From positions 256,001 through 320,000 of the forward strand of contig CBDANS010000006.1 of assembly GCA_965197745.1 (NCBI GenBank): DNA of 64,000 bases, given 5' to 3'. The DNA comes from Opitutales bacterium (GTDB lineage Bacteria > Verrucomicrobiota > Verrucomicrobiia > Opitutales > PNEW01). Within the stretch, counting starts at the first letter, position 1. The number at the start of each line of letters is the position of its first letter. Position numbers and translations under genes: made by a program. Below, one piece after another: positions 31,647 through 41,304 of the stretch. The notes below the pieces were generated by a model. The model made no database searches. It was not told the DNA's origin and saw only the letters and a list, made by a program, of their open reading frames with translations.

Positions 31647-32176
31647 CTAACTTTCTTATCGTTAGACAGAAGATGGCCACTTAACATATTGATGGAAGCA
31701 ACTCGTTGGTCTTTCCCTCTTGCTTCAATTATTTCTTCAAGCCAATGGGCTAATTCTTCATTTTCAGCCCATCTTGCCATATCCACAACATTTCCTTCTT
31801 CACCAGGATCACCGACTATCAAGGTCGGATCGGCACCCATCTCTAATAATAATTCGATCATTCCCTTATCTCCATGCGAACAGGTTGCTTGTGTTATTGG
31901 CAGCCAACGTTGAGCAGTCCAAGGATGGTTGACAACCCATGGTTCTCGTACAGCTAATTCTTTTAGATTCTCCTTCTCATTTTCAGATGCATAGTTTTGT
32001 GCCTGGTAAATCTTTGCTAAATTCTCCATGGAGAGATTATCTGGATTTTCATTAGCATACCAATGGTGGTTCTTTTGAGCGATCTCCTCCATTTCAGAAT
32101 AATGTTCTGCCAGGCATGCCTCTCTGAAACGAGTCAAGTCAGGCCATTTTTTCTCATCGAATTTCGTTACTGCCAT
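31643..32176 (-). CDS. Ankyrin-repeat-like protein
   Basis: LPITQA...GDKGMIELLLEMGADP and NVVDMARWAENEELAHWL. Confidence 0.65.
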   Translation of the reverse strand: MAVTKFDEKKWPDLTRFREACLAEHYSEMEEIAQKNHHWYANENPDNLSMENLAKIYQAQNYASENEKENLKELAVREPWVVNHPWTAQRWLPITQATCSHGDKGMIELLLEMGADPTLIVGDPGEEGNVVDMARWAENEELAHWLEEIIEARGKDQRVASINMLSGHLLSNDKKVS

Positions 32177-32191
32177 TGTTTTAAATTTTCT

Positions 32192-32250
32192 GGATAACGT
32201 ATTTTTAAGCAGCTTCTGCGTATCTGCCGATTGGGTTTCCTATTCTTTGA
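32192..32250 (-). repeat. Cassette-leader repeat, copy upstream of the ankyrin gene
   Basis: Minus strand AAAGAATAGGAAACCCAATCGGCAGATACGCAGAAGCTGCTTAAAAATACGTTATCC, ending 15 bp before the ATG. Confidence 0.7.
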
Positions 32251-32258
32251 TGTGCACC

Positions 32259-32771
32259 TCATGATAGACGACCTGCATTCTTAAGCCGTTTTATAATGGC
32301 TTGCTTGAGATTATCCAGATCGTCCAGACTGTGAGAGAACTTCGCTCGATTATGAATCGGGTAACCGACGTAAACATCCCCGGGAGTTCTTGGAAACAAG
32401 TGCATGTGCAAGTGAGGCATTGTATTCCCGTGAATTTCGTAGTTCATCTTGATAGGCCTGATCACATCGGTCACGCCCTGAGCAACTAACATAGAATCAG
32501 TCCAAAACTCTCTCTGTTCTTGGGCACTCAGATCAAAGGGATCAATAGCATGCTTCTTGTATGTCACGCAGACATATCCTGGAATTGTTACTTGTTCATC
32601 GGAGACTGCCCACACCATAGAGGTTTCAGCGAGAATATGCATCCCCTTGGGCTTTGGTAATTCCGCGTATACAACGCACCCATCCTGAGAACACATGGAT
32701 TTCCATTTCTCAATGTCATCTGACCAGAGATGTCCGCTCTGATTCGCTTGTATGGTTAGTTTATCGCTCAT
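32259..32771 (-). CDS. HIT family protein
   Basis: KMNYEIHGNTMPHLHMHLFPR histidine triad. Confidence 0.92.
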   Translation of the reverse strand: MSDKLTIQANQSGHLWSDDIEKWKSMCSQDGCVVYAELPKPKGMHILAETSMVWAVSDEQVTIPGYVCVTYKKHAIDPFDLSAQEQREFWTDSMLVAQGVTDVIRPIKMNYEIHGNTMPHLHMHLFPRTPGDVYVGYPIHNRAKFSHSLDDLDNLKQAIIKRLKNAGRLS

Positions 32772-32774
32772 AGC

Positions 32775-32839
32775 CTTTTAGCGCGTCTACGCATCTTCAA
32801 TTAGGTCACCCTATTCTTAGAATACGATTGGATCAAGAG
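32775..32839 (-). repeat. Cassette-leader repeat, copy upstream of HIT
   Basis: Minus strand CTCTTGATCCAATCGTATTCTAAGAATAGGGTGACCTAATTGAAGATGCGTAGACGCGCTAAAAG. Confidence 0.7.
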
Positions 32840-33110
32840 GTTTTGTAAACGAGTAATATATTCAATAGTATTCTGAACCCTAATTAGGCCGAGGGGTATC
32901 CAGGTAGACCCCATCTCCTAAGTACATTATTGAATTGAAGATTGAGAGGGATGTGTTTTTGTTAGAAACCTTCCCCTTTAAATTATACACAATAAGATTT
33001 CAGAAAAGTCAGCGTGCACCAGACTCGCACCAGACAAATAAATGCCTATTTTTTTGTTAAAAAATAAATTGTTAATACAGAATAGCTAAATAGGCATTAA
33101 AAAGATAACA

Positions 33111-34076
33111 ATGGCGAAGAAATATAAAAAATCTACGGATAAAGAAGCCGATCCTAAAAAGATTACTTTATACACTATTGATCTCAACGATGAACAAATG
33201 GAAAAACTTGAAGCTATTTGTGATCAACGGCTCTGGGCCTATTACGATGTAGATTATTCGCGATTCGCCTTCAAAGCGGTCCATGAAAAGGTAAACGTTG
33301 TCGCCTATGAGAGCGGTAAGCTGGTCATCCAGGGCAAGGGAACGGAGGATTTTGTGCGTGACACCCTGGAAGCGGAAATCACCGGAGAACCACGTCTCGG
33401 TTACGAAGAGTTTTACAACCCTAAATGGTTTGAGCCTCACGCCGGTTTAGATGAATCCGGTAAAGGTGACTTATTTGGACCCCTGATTACCTGCTGTGTT
33501 ATCGCCGATGGCGATATGGTGCGTGAATGGTTGAAAAATGACATTAAGGACAGCAAGAGAATGACAGACGCTTCCATCATCAACTTAGAAAAAATTATCC
33601 GCAAAACCCGCGGCGTGGTCATCCAGACTGCTTACTGTGGAATGGATAAATACAATCAATTGATGTCAAAACCTCACGCCAATTTAAACAGGCTCATGGC
33701 CTGGTTCCATGCACGCGCGCTCGAAGATGCTCTGAAAAAGAAGTCGGTTAAATGGGGCCTCCTTGATCAATTCAGTAAAGAACCATTGGTGCAGAAAATG
33801 ATCAAAGACGAAAGTTTTGATTTGCAAATGCAGACCAAAGCCGAGTCGGACCCGGTAGTGGCGGCTGCCTCGATTTGCGCGCGCGCAGAATTTATTCGAC
33901 AGATGAGCACCCTCTCCAAGAAGGCGGGAGAACCCTTGAAAAAGGGGGCATCCAAAGAAACCAAAAAACAGGCCGAACGCATTGTCGAAAAATCAGGACC
34001 TGATTCACTTAGGGAATTTGCCAAGCTTCATTTTAAAACCGCGCGTGAAGTGCTCGGCCTGCCCGTTACGAAATAA
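33111..34076 (+). CDS. rnhC: Ribonuclease HIII
   Basis: N-terminal TBP-like domain (AYESGKLVIQGKG), GLDESGKGDLFGPL, KDSK, DQF, KAES..VAAASICAR, KLHFKT. Confidence 0.95.
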   Translation: MAKKYKKSTDKEADPKKITLYTIDLNDEQMEKLEAICDQRLWAYYDVDYSRFAFKAVHEKVNVVAYESGKLVIQGKGTEDFVRDTLEAEITGEPRLGYEEFYNPKWFEPHAGLDESGKGDLFGPLITCCVIADGDMVREWLKNDIKDSKRMTDASIINLEKIIRKTRGVVIQTAYCGMDKYNQLMSKPHANLNRLMAWFHARALEDALKKKSVKWGLLDQFSKEPLVQKMIKDESFDLQMQTKAESDPVVAAASICARAEFIRQMSTLSKKAGEPLKKGASKETKKQAERIVEKSGPDSLREFAKLHFKTAREVLGLPVTK

Positions 34077-34265
34077 CCGCCGAACAATTGTTGATTTACG
34101 ATTGCCGATTGTCGAACGAAGAGATAGCCACTACCGGGCATGCAACTGCCGGACAATATCTTCCAGAGGCACAAGAATTTTTTTGTATCGAGAAACACAA
34201 GATGTAGAATAGATAATCCTTTAGTTCAATCGACAATCGGGTATTGTCAGTTCACCCATTACATT

Positions 34266-35081
34266 ATGAAAACAATAGCCCAACTTATAGAAGAACGTTT
34301 TGGCCTTGAAACAGGTATAGGAAAAGATATGCCGGCCGAGGGGACCGTCGCGGAAATCCTCTCGCGACGCACGCAGCGTAAATATAGAGATGAGCCGGTA
34401 TCCGATGAACTTCTGGAAGTGTTGCTGGCCTGCGCGCAGTCCGCACCGTCAAAATCGGACCTGCAGCAGTATTCGATCATCGTCGTTGACGATCCGTCTT
34501 CCCGTGAGGTTATCGGTGGATGGGAAGGTGAAGCACCAGTCTTCCTTGTCTTCTGCGCGGACATGAGACGCAATCAACAAATTGCCGCATGGCGCGGTCA
34601 TGGATACGATAACAATAACATAGATAGTTTTTTAAATGCTTCGGTTGACGCCGCCCTCGCCATGCAGAGTCTGATTCACGCGGCCGAATCTCTGGGTCTC
34701 GGGTGCTGTCCCATAAGCGCAATTAGAAACAGGATAGAGACAATATGTGAACTCGTGGGATTACCTGACGGTGTCTACCCAATTTGCGGCCTTTGTATCG
34801 GCTGGCCCGTCAACGAGCATTTTGTATCCATGCGGTTACCACCCTCTGTCGTCGTTCACCGCAATTGTTACAGTGACTCAAATTTGGAAAAAGCAGTAGA
34901 TGACTATGATCAGAGAAGGCATGAAAAATACGCGATCCCCCCGGAAAAGCAGCGTCACACAGAGAAATATGGTGTTCTTGAGCGCTGTGTCTGGTCCGAA
35001 AATGTGGCGCGTCAATTGTCGTTGCCAGAACGTCCAGAATTTAAAGACTTCCTGAATAAGCATGGCTTTGATCTCGCCTGA
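34266..35081 (+). CDS. Nitroreductase (NfsA/Frp-like)
   Basis: RRTQRKY, AQSAPSKSDLQQYSII, AAESLGLGCCPISAIRN, RLP. Start set at ATG 34266. Confidence 0.9.
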   Translation: MKTIAQLIEERFGLETGIGKDMPAEGTVAEILSRRTQRKYRDEPVSDELLEVLLACAQSAPSKSDLQQYSIIVVDDPSSREVIGGWEGEAPVFLVFCADMRRNQQIAAWRGHGYDNNNIDSFLNASVDAALAMQSLIHAAESLGLGCCPISAIRNRIETICELVGLPDGVYPICGLCIGWPVNEHFVSMRLPPSVVVHRNCYSDSNLEKAVDDYDQRRHEKYAIPPEKQRHTEKYGVLERCVWSENVARQLSLPERPEFKDFLNKHGFDLA

Positions 35082-35107
35082 ATTAATGAGAGGTCTCATT
35101 AAAAAAG

Positions 35108-36364
35108 TCAGCTTTTGCCATAATCTCTCACAAATTGTTCCAGAAGGCCCACAGCTGTTTTTCCGCCATCTTCCAGGGTAAGTTCACTTGCCAAATTTTC
35201 AGCATTTTTCCGAAGTCGTTGATCATTTTCAATCTCCGGGACAATTTTTGGGAGCAATTCCGGCCAGCGTCGCTTACTGATGCTGTGCCCCACTTCCAGA
35301 TGTCTGGTTTCCCTGGCCCAAAAAAATTGATCGGCAATATGGGGGATAACAATACCGGGCTTTCCGGAATGCCAAACGGAAGCCGTAGTTCCTGCGCCAC
35401 CATGATGAATGACACAAGATGCATGACGGAAAAGTTGGTCGTGCGATACCTGGTCAATAACCTTAATGTTAGAGTGCTCTTTCTCGGGTGAGAGATCTAC
35501 CCAGCCTCGCTGGATGATAATTTTTCTGTTATTCGGCCAATGGCGTAAAAATCGACGCATCTTATGCTCTCGACGATCGAAGGTAACACTTCCAAAAGTA
35601 AGGACGGGCACTTCGCGGCCTGCGCAAAATGCTTCGAGATCCTCATCTAATTGGGGGTTTTCACGCGACTGCCAACGCAGGTGACCGACATATTGAAATC
35701 GTGAATCAATTTCCGCATGCGCGGGAATCAGCTTTTTGCTCACTGCCACCAGAGCAAGGTCAGCCGGAGCAAAAATAAATTGTTTAACGGGTGTCGTTAT
35801 ACCTTTTTTAATACTGGCAGCGAGGGTTTTATTTACGGTTCTGTGTATCATCATATCTGTTATTTTCCACCAGGCATAATTCCATTTACGCTGCAGCCCC
35901 TTTGGCAGGGTTCTCATTGTGGGGACACCATTGGGCGGATAGTCCGGCGATGGCACTGTCATATGACCGAAACAGACTACGGCAAAGGGAATACCGTGAC
36001 GGTCCGCTCTCACCTTAAAATGGGGGAAGAGGTAAGAACAAACATAGAGGTCGGTATCCTCTAAAGCTTTTTCCAATCTGTCTAAAGTATCTTCGATATA
36101 AGGTATTCCACTGCGGTATATAATCTCTAATTGTTTCAACGAGTGTGGAGCACGTACCAGTTTTAGCATGCACGCGGCAAAGACTTCCTTCGTCCAGTCG
36201 GGAGGTATATAGATATAGTCCAGTCCCGCGCGTTTAACTTCATCTTTAAAAAGCGGGGCCGTCGCCAGTCGGACCGAATGCCCTGATTCAAGCAGGGCTT
36301 TGCCTAAGGCGATAACCGGATATATATCACCTGTCGAACCCTGTGAGTTGAGCAATACACGCAT
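35108..36364 (-). CDS. GT1/GT28-like glycosyltransferase (sterol/lipid glucosyltransferase-like)
   Basis: GSTGDIYP, LTFGS, HHGGAGTT, PHIADQFFW. Confidence 0.9.
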   Translation of the reverse strand: MRVLLNSQGSTGDIYPVIALGKALLESGHSVRLATAPLFKDEVKRAGLDYIYIPPDWTKEVFAACMLKLVRAPHSLKQLEIIYRSGIPYIEDTLDRLEKALEDTDLYVCSYLFPHFKVRADRHGIPFAVVCFGHMTVPSPDYPPNGVPTMRTLPKGLQRKWNYAWWKITDMMIHRTVNKTLAASIKKGITTPVKQFIFAPADLALVAVSKKLIPAHAEIDSRFQYVGHLRWQSRENPQLDEDLEAFCAGREVPVLTFGSVTFDRREHKMRRFLRHWPNNRKIIIQRGWVDLSPEKEHSNIKVIDQVSHDQLFRHASCVIHHGGAGTTASVWHSGKPGIVIPHIADQFFWARETRHLEVGHSISKRRWPELLPKIVPEIENDQRLRKNAENLASELTLEDGGKTAVGLLEQFVRDYGKS

Positions 36365-36479
36365 CTTTCAATTCTCGAATGTCGAATGTCGATTGTCGAT
36401 TGTGGAATGAGCAGAAATAGACAGAAGATTTACACATTGATAGAAAACGGTGTAATGAAAAAGTTTACAGGCATCACGC

Positions 36480-36542
36480 GGCCACGATCAGCCGTCGCCC
36501 CGCAGTGGCGGGGCTATGGCCGACAGGCTAGCGCGTGGCCCT
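36480..36542 (-). repeat. REP type B carrying the 40-bp insertion (foot degraded)
   Basis: GGCCACGA + 40-bp insert (36488-36527) + CTAGCGCGTGGCCCT. Confidence 0.85.
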
Positions 36543-36557
36543 GTTCAATTTGAAGGA

Positions 36558-36584
36558 TGTCAGGCTTCGCCCTCGGTACCGATT
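36558..36584 (+). repeat. 27-bp element TGTCRGGCTTCGCCCTCGGTACCGATT, first of four copies
   Basis: Near-identical copies at 40305-40331, 48148-48173 and 50730-50756. Confidence 0.85.
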
Positions 36585-36688
36585 ACCGATTGGCATTTTA
36601 ATCCGTCTTATCAGAGTAATCCGCGGTATTTTTTAAAAAATGATTTTTCAACTTGAAATTGCTGAGGACAGGGGTGAACTTTAGGAAC

Positions 36689-39600
36689 ATGCCCCACGCT
36701 GATAAGGAATTCGTCCATCTCCATCTTCACACTGATTACAGTCTTCTCGATGGCGCGTGCCGTATCGACCGGCTGATGGAACAAGCGACCAATCTGGGCA
36801 TGAAATCGCTCGCTATTACGGATCACGGAAATCTTTTCGGGCTTATCGACTTTTACCAGTCAGCGAACAAATTCGGGATAAAACCGCTCCTTGGTTGCGA
36901 AGTGTATCTGGTTACGGGCAGCCGACTTGAGCATCCGGAAAGGAACCTCCACCAATACTACCACATGGGTTTATTGGCTCGCAACTATACTGGTTACCAG
37001 AATCTTACAAAATTGGTCAGCGATGCTCATATCAATGGTTTCTACTACAAACCGAGGACCGACATGGAGCAACTGGCAGCGCACGCCGAAGGTCTTATAG
37101 GGTTTACCGGTTGTTTAAGGGGGGTTGTCCCCCAAGCCCTTCTCGCCGATCGCTATGAAGAAGCACGGGAGTGGGTTGGAAGGTTCATCGATATTTTTGG
37201 CAGAGAAAACTATATCGTTGAAATACAGGATCATCAAATCCCCGAGCAGAAGAAAATTATCCCTTCACTTCTAAAACTTGCTGAGGAATTTTCGCTGACT
37301 GTGGTCTGCACCAATGATGTCCATTATGTCAAACAGAGCGATTCCACCCCGCATGATGTACTGCTCTGCATCCAGACGGGGTCGAAAGTGGAAGATGAAA
37401 AGCGCATGCGTTTTTCCAATGAATTTTTTTACCTCAAGTCGGGTGAAGAAATGGCTCAGTTATTCAATGAACGTCCCGATTCACTCAAAAGCACACTGGC
37501 GGTTGCCGAAATGTGTGATGTTAAACTGCCCTTCGGTGAAAATCACTATCCGGTATTTAATATGCCCCCGGAAATCAAGACTCGATGCGATGACAACGCA
37601 ACTTACTTAAAAGAGCTTTGCATTAAAGGATTACAAAAACGATACGGTGTTGATTACCACCATCCGCAAAATTACAAACCCCATGCGAATGAAGATCCGC
37701 AACTGGCAATAACACTTGTTGAGCGTATCAACTATGAACTGGAGGTCATCAATAAAACGGGCTACATCGATTATTATCTGATTGTTCAGGACTTCATTAA
37801 TTGGGCCTTAAGCCAGGGTATCCCCGTGGGGCCGGGGCGCGGTTCTGGAGCGGGCAGCCTGGTTGCTTATCTCACGCATATAACCGATGTAGATCCTATT
37901 CGATTCAAGCTTCTTTTCGAACGCTTCCTTAATGAAGAGCGAATTTCGCCGCCTGACTTCGATATCGACTTTTGTATGCGAAGGCGCGGTGAAGTTATTG
38001 ACTATGTACGCGGTAAGTATGGCGAAGACAGCGTAGCGAATATTATCACTTTCGGCACTTTCGGAGCTAAGATGGTGGTGCGTGACGTTGCCCGTGTGCT
38101 TAGTATTCCTTACGGCGAAGCTGATCGAATCGCCAAGATGGTGCCGGATGATCTTAAAATTACCCTCGACGAGTCGCTAATGAAAAGCACGGAGCTCCGA
38201 GAGGAGGTAGAGAATAATGAACTGGCTGCGAAAATCATCGACCACGGCAAGATTATTGAAGGCATGGTTCGTAATACAGGCACCCACGCTGCCGGCGTAA
38301 TTATCGGAGACCGCCCTCTTACGGAATACATTCCCCTTACTATGCAGGAAGGAGCCCTCACAACCCAATACCCCCAGCTTCCCGTGGAAAATCTCGGATT
38401 GCTGAAAATGGACTTCCTCGGTCTTAAAACTTTAACCGTGATTGCCGACGCCGAGGACAACGTACGTCTCACCGCGGACAAGAACTTTGATATAAACACA
38501 ATCTCGTTTGATAATAAAAAAACATTTCAATTGATAGACGATGGGAAGACAACAGGCGTATTTCAGCTGGAATCCGGTGGAATGCGTAACCTTTGCCGCC
38601 AGTTTAAAATTGCCAGTATTGATGAGATCGTCGCGCTCATCTCACTTTATCGGCCGGGACCGATGGAGTGGATTCCCGATTACATCCGAGGCAAGCATGA
38701 CCCTTCGACGATAAAGTTTCCCCACCCTCTTTTGGAGGAAATATGTCATGAAACCTATGGCGTCATGGTTTATCAGGAACAGGTTATAGAGGCGGCTAAA
38801 GTCATTGCCGGTTTTACACCGGGAAGTGCTGATATTCTGCGCCATGCTATGGGCAAAAAAAATGTTAAAGAGATGAAAAAGCAACGGGAGGTTTTTATCG
38901 AAGGCGCTTTTAAAACCCATGGCATTGAAAGAAATGAAGCCATGGAAATATTTTCTATACTCGAAAAATTTGCCGGCTACGGGTTCAATAAATCACATTC
39001 ATCTGGTTACGCTGTCCTCAGTTATCGAACTGCTTACCTTAAGGCCAATTACCCCGTGCAGTTTATGGCCGCGGCACTTTCCAGTGAACTCGGCAACTCT
39101 GACAAAGTAGCCTACTTTATCGACGAATGCTCTTCCCTCAATATACCCGTGCTTGGACCGGACATAAACTTCTCACGCGAAAACTTTACCCCCGTATTCG
39201 ATGAAGAGACTGGTAAGAGCAGCATCCGTTTCGGGCTAGCCGCGATGAAAGGGGTGGGCGACGCCGCAGCCGCTACAATTATCGAGGAGAGAACAGCCCA
39301 TGGAGACTTTTCTGATTTTTATGAATTTGTTTCACGTTTTGATTCGCGTTCTGTCAACCGTCGCGTTCTGGAGTGCCTGATAAAGTCGGGCGCTTTTGAT
39401 TACTCGGGAGATGACCGTGGTCTCCTCTTTGCCAATATCGATAGTATTATGAACGAAATGGCTGCGCTTCAACGCGACCGCGAGCGTGGACAAGAGTCAT
39501 TTTTCGAATTGCTGGACGCGGATAACGAATCTCCGGGTCTCGGATCCAACGGACACCCTCGGCACAACGGCAATGGCCGGAATGGAAAAGAAAACATAAT

Positions 39601-40276
39601 GGCGCAAAACGATAAACTAAAATATGAAAAAGAATTGCTCGGTTTTTATGTTTCAGGCCACCCTATGAGTGACTATCAGGATCTCGATTTCGCCATCGAT
39701 ACAATCAAGGATGATAATCTTATCGATCTCGAAGACCGTTCCCTTTTTCGTCTCTGTGGCGTCGTCTCAAATGTGGCGAAGAAGATTTCCCGTAGAGACA
39801 ATCGTCCCTGGGCAATCTTAACCCTGGGGACAAGACATAGCACTTATACTATCAATGTATATGCTGAATCTTATGCCCAATACAGTGATTACCTTGAAGA
39901 TGGAAACCTTATCCTTATCACCGGAATCGTATTGAAGAGAGTTGACGACGTTCGCTTGAGTGCAGATGTCATTCATCCCCTCGATACCAGCATCCCCGAT
40001 ATCATAAAAAAAATCTGCTGGGTAATAAAACCCGAATCGGATGCGGATGACTTTCTCGATAAACTCCGAAAATTTATCGACGGCAATTATGGTGAAACAC
40101 AGACACAGATCGGTATCCTCGTAAGTGATAATAAAATTATCATCGCCGACACGGCTCCTTCATTAACCTGGAAAGTTCAACCCGATATTTTTAAAGCCCT
40201 TCGTCAACATCCCGCGATTGTCCGCGTCGACATTGAAGCGCTCCCCCCCTATTCAAATATCAATCATCCGTGGTGA
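36689..40276 (+). CDS. dnaE: DNA polymerase III alpha subunit
   Basis: [18 protein letters not shown] domain, [34 protein letters not shown]. Start set at ATG 36689. Confidence 0.98.
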   Translation: MPHADKEFVHLHLHTDYSLLDGACRIDRLMEQATNLGMKSLAITDHGNLFGLIDFYQSANKFGIKPLLGCEVYLVTGSRLEHPERNLHQYYHMGLLARNYTGYQNLTKLVSDAHINGFYYKPRTDMEQLAAHAEGLIGFTGCLRGVVPQALLADRYEEAREWVGRFIDIFGRENYIVEIQDHQIPEQKKIIPSLLKLAEEFSLTVVCTNDVHYVKQSDSTPHDVLLCIQTGSKVEDEKRMRFSNEFFYLKSGEEMAQLFNERPDSLKSTLAVAEMCDVKLPFGENHYPVFNMPPEIKTRCDDNATYLKELCIKGLQKRYGVDYHHPQNYKPHANEDPQLAITLVERINYELEVINKTGYIDYYLIVQDFINWALSQGIPVGPGRGSGAGSLVAYLTHITDVDPIRFKLLFERFLNEERISPPDFDIDFCMRRRGEVIDYVRGKYGEDSVANIITFGTFGAKMVVRDVARVLSIPYGEADRIAKMVPDDLKITLDESLMKSTELREEVENNELAAKIIDHGKIIEGMVRNTGTHAAGVIIGDRPLTEYIPLTMQEGALTTQYPQLPVENLGLLKMDFLGLKTLTVIADAEDNVRLTADKNFDINTISFDNKKTFQLIDDGKTTGVFQLESGGMRNLCRQFKIASIDEIVALISLYRPGPMEWIPDYIRGKHDPSTIKFPHPLLEEICHETYGVMVYQEQVIEAAKVIAGFTPGSADILRHAMGKKNVKEMKKQREVFIEGAFKTHGIERNEAMEIFSILEKFAGYGFNKSHSSGYAVLSYRTAYLKANYPVQFMAAALSSELGNSDKVAYFIDECSSLNIPVLGPDINFSRENFTPVFDEETGKSSIRFGLAAMKGVGDAAAATIIEERTAHGDFSDFYEFVSRFDSRSVNRRVLECLIKSGAFDYSGDDRGLLFANIDSIMNEMAALQRDRERGQESFFELLDADNESPGLGSNGHPRHNGNGRNGKENIMAQNDKLKYEKELLGFYVSGHPMSDYQDLDFAIDTIKDDNLIDLEDRSLFRLCGVVSNVAKKISRRDNRPWAILTLGTRHSTYTINVYAESYAQYSDYLEDGNLILITGIVLKRVDDVRLSADVIHPLDTSIPDIIKKICWVIKPESDADDFLDKLRKFIDGNYGETQTQIGILVSDNKIIIADTAPSLTWKVQPDIFKALRQHPAIVRVDIEALPPYSNINHPW

Positions 40277-40360
40277 TGCCATTGTCGATTGTCGATTGGG
40301 AGTGTGTCGGGCTTCGCCCTCGGTACCGATTGGGGGAATAGGTACAAAATAAGCAAAATA

Positions 40361-40462
40361 CGTAAACAATACGCGGACGCGACAACGCGCGTCCCTCCAA
40401 CATGGATCCTGAATCATTCCTGACCGGAGAGCCACGCGTCGTCGTGGCCGCGATGAATTAAA
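40361..40462. repeat. BIME-like REP pair upstream of RAYT: REP-A (40375-40398, minus) and REP-B (40426-40449, plus)
   Basis: REP-A GGAG-GGACGCGCGTTGTCGCGTCC; REP-B GGAG-RGCCACGCGTCGTCGTGGCC. Both are hairpins with a GGAG foot. Confidence 0.9.
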
Positions 40463-40501
40463 GATTTAATTCATGTAATAAATAAACCGTAAATTATATT
40501 T

Positions 40502-40987
40502 ATGGTTAATAAGGAATTCCCAACACGCAAGTCTCCTGCCCATTTATCGGTCATAGAATTTACTAATCGTTCCAATATTGTATTTGTTACTGTTTGCTCA
40601 CAGGACAGAAAGAATATCTTTGCTAACAAAGAGTCTTTTTTTCTTATGCAACAAGCTTGGGATGCAGCTAATTCCTGGAAAGTGGGTCGTTATATTATCT
40701 TACCAGACCATATTCACCTATTCTGTGCACCTTCCTCAGCTATCGTAGAACCATTGACTCAATGGATCAAATATTGGAAATCTTATGTTTCCTTTAGGTG
40801 GCCAAAGCCCGAAGACCAACCGATCTGGCAAAAAGGTTACTGGGATCGACAACTCCGGAATGCCGCGAGCTATGCAGCAAAGTGGTTGTATGTGCAGAAT
40901 AATCCAATGCGTCATGGGTTAGTTGGAAATTCCAAAAATTGGCAATATAAAGGAGAAATGAATATTTTTCGCTGGCATAATGCGTAA
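40502..40987 (+). mobile_element. REP-associated tyrosine (HUH Y1) transposase, RAYT/TnpA-REP
   Basis: FVTVC..R, YIILPDHIHLF (HUH), WQKGYWDRQLR, YVQNNPMRHGLV..W.Y. Flanked by REPs; no tnpB. Confidence 0.93.
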
Positions 40988-41260
40988 ACAATACGGACGC
41001 GACAACGCGCGTCCCTCCGGGAAATGCAATGTAGTATAATCGTTAATACTGGTGAGGTATTTTCCGAAAGGAACCTTTTTGGTACGTAAACACAGACTTC
41101 AATCTTAAATCATTCTTGACCGGAGGGTCACGCGTCGTCGTGGCCGCTGCCGTTATAACCTATGAATATTTTCCGAAGGCGTGATGCGTGAACAATATGG
41201 ACGCGACAACGCGCGTCCCTCCAAGAATGATACAGGCAGGAGTGGCCGCGATGAATTAAA
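40983..41260. repeat. BIME-like REP array downstream of RAYT
   Basis: REP-A 40995-41018, REP-B 41122-41145, REP-A 41199-41222, and an internally deleted REP-B at 41239-41248 followed by GCGATGAATTAAA as at 40450-40462. Confidence 0.9.
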
Positions 41261-41304
41261 ATTATTATGTGTCTCTTGTGCTTTTTGTTGCTATCTGAAA
41301 ATGG

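Noticed and set aside
29899..32839. Canonical integron or prophage remnant
   Set aside because: No integrase, no complete attC hairpins and no phage genes; reported instead as a non-canonical cassette-like island.
33016..33035. GCACCAGAC direct repeat upstream of rnhC
   Set aside because: Two 9-bp copies only; could be an operator but unsupported.
36689..40276. Intein or split in dnaE
   Set aside because: Length is normal with continuous motifs; only short low-complexity insertions such as [15 protein letters not shown].
40502..40987. IS200/IS605 insertion sequence
   Set aside because: No tnpB, and multiple REP hairpins rather than single left and right ends; motifs fit RAYT better.
40361..41260. 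CRISPR-like appearance of repeats with spacers
   Set aside because: Repeats alternate in type and orientation, spacers are homologous and irregular in length, and there are no cas genes; RAYT explains them.
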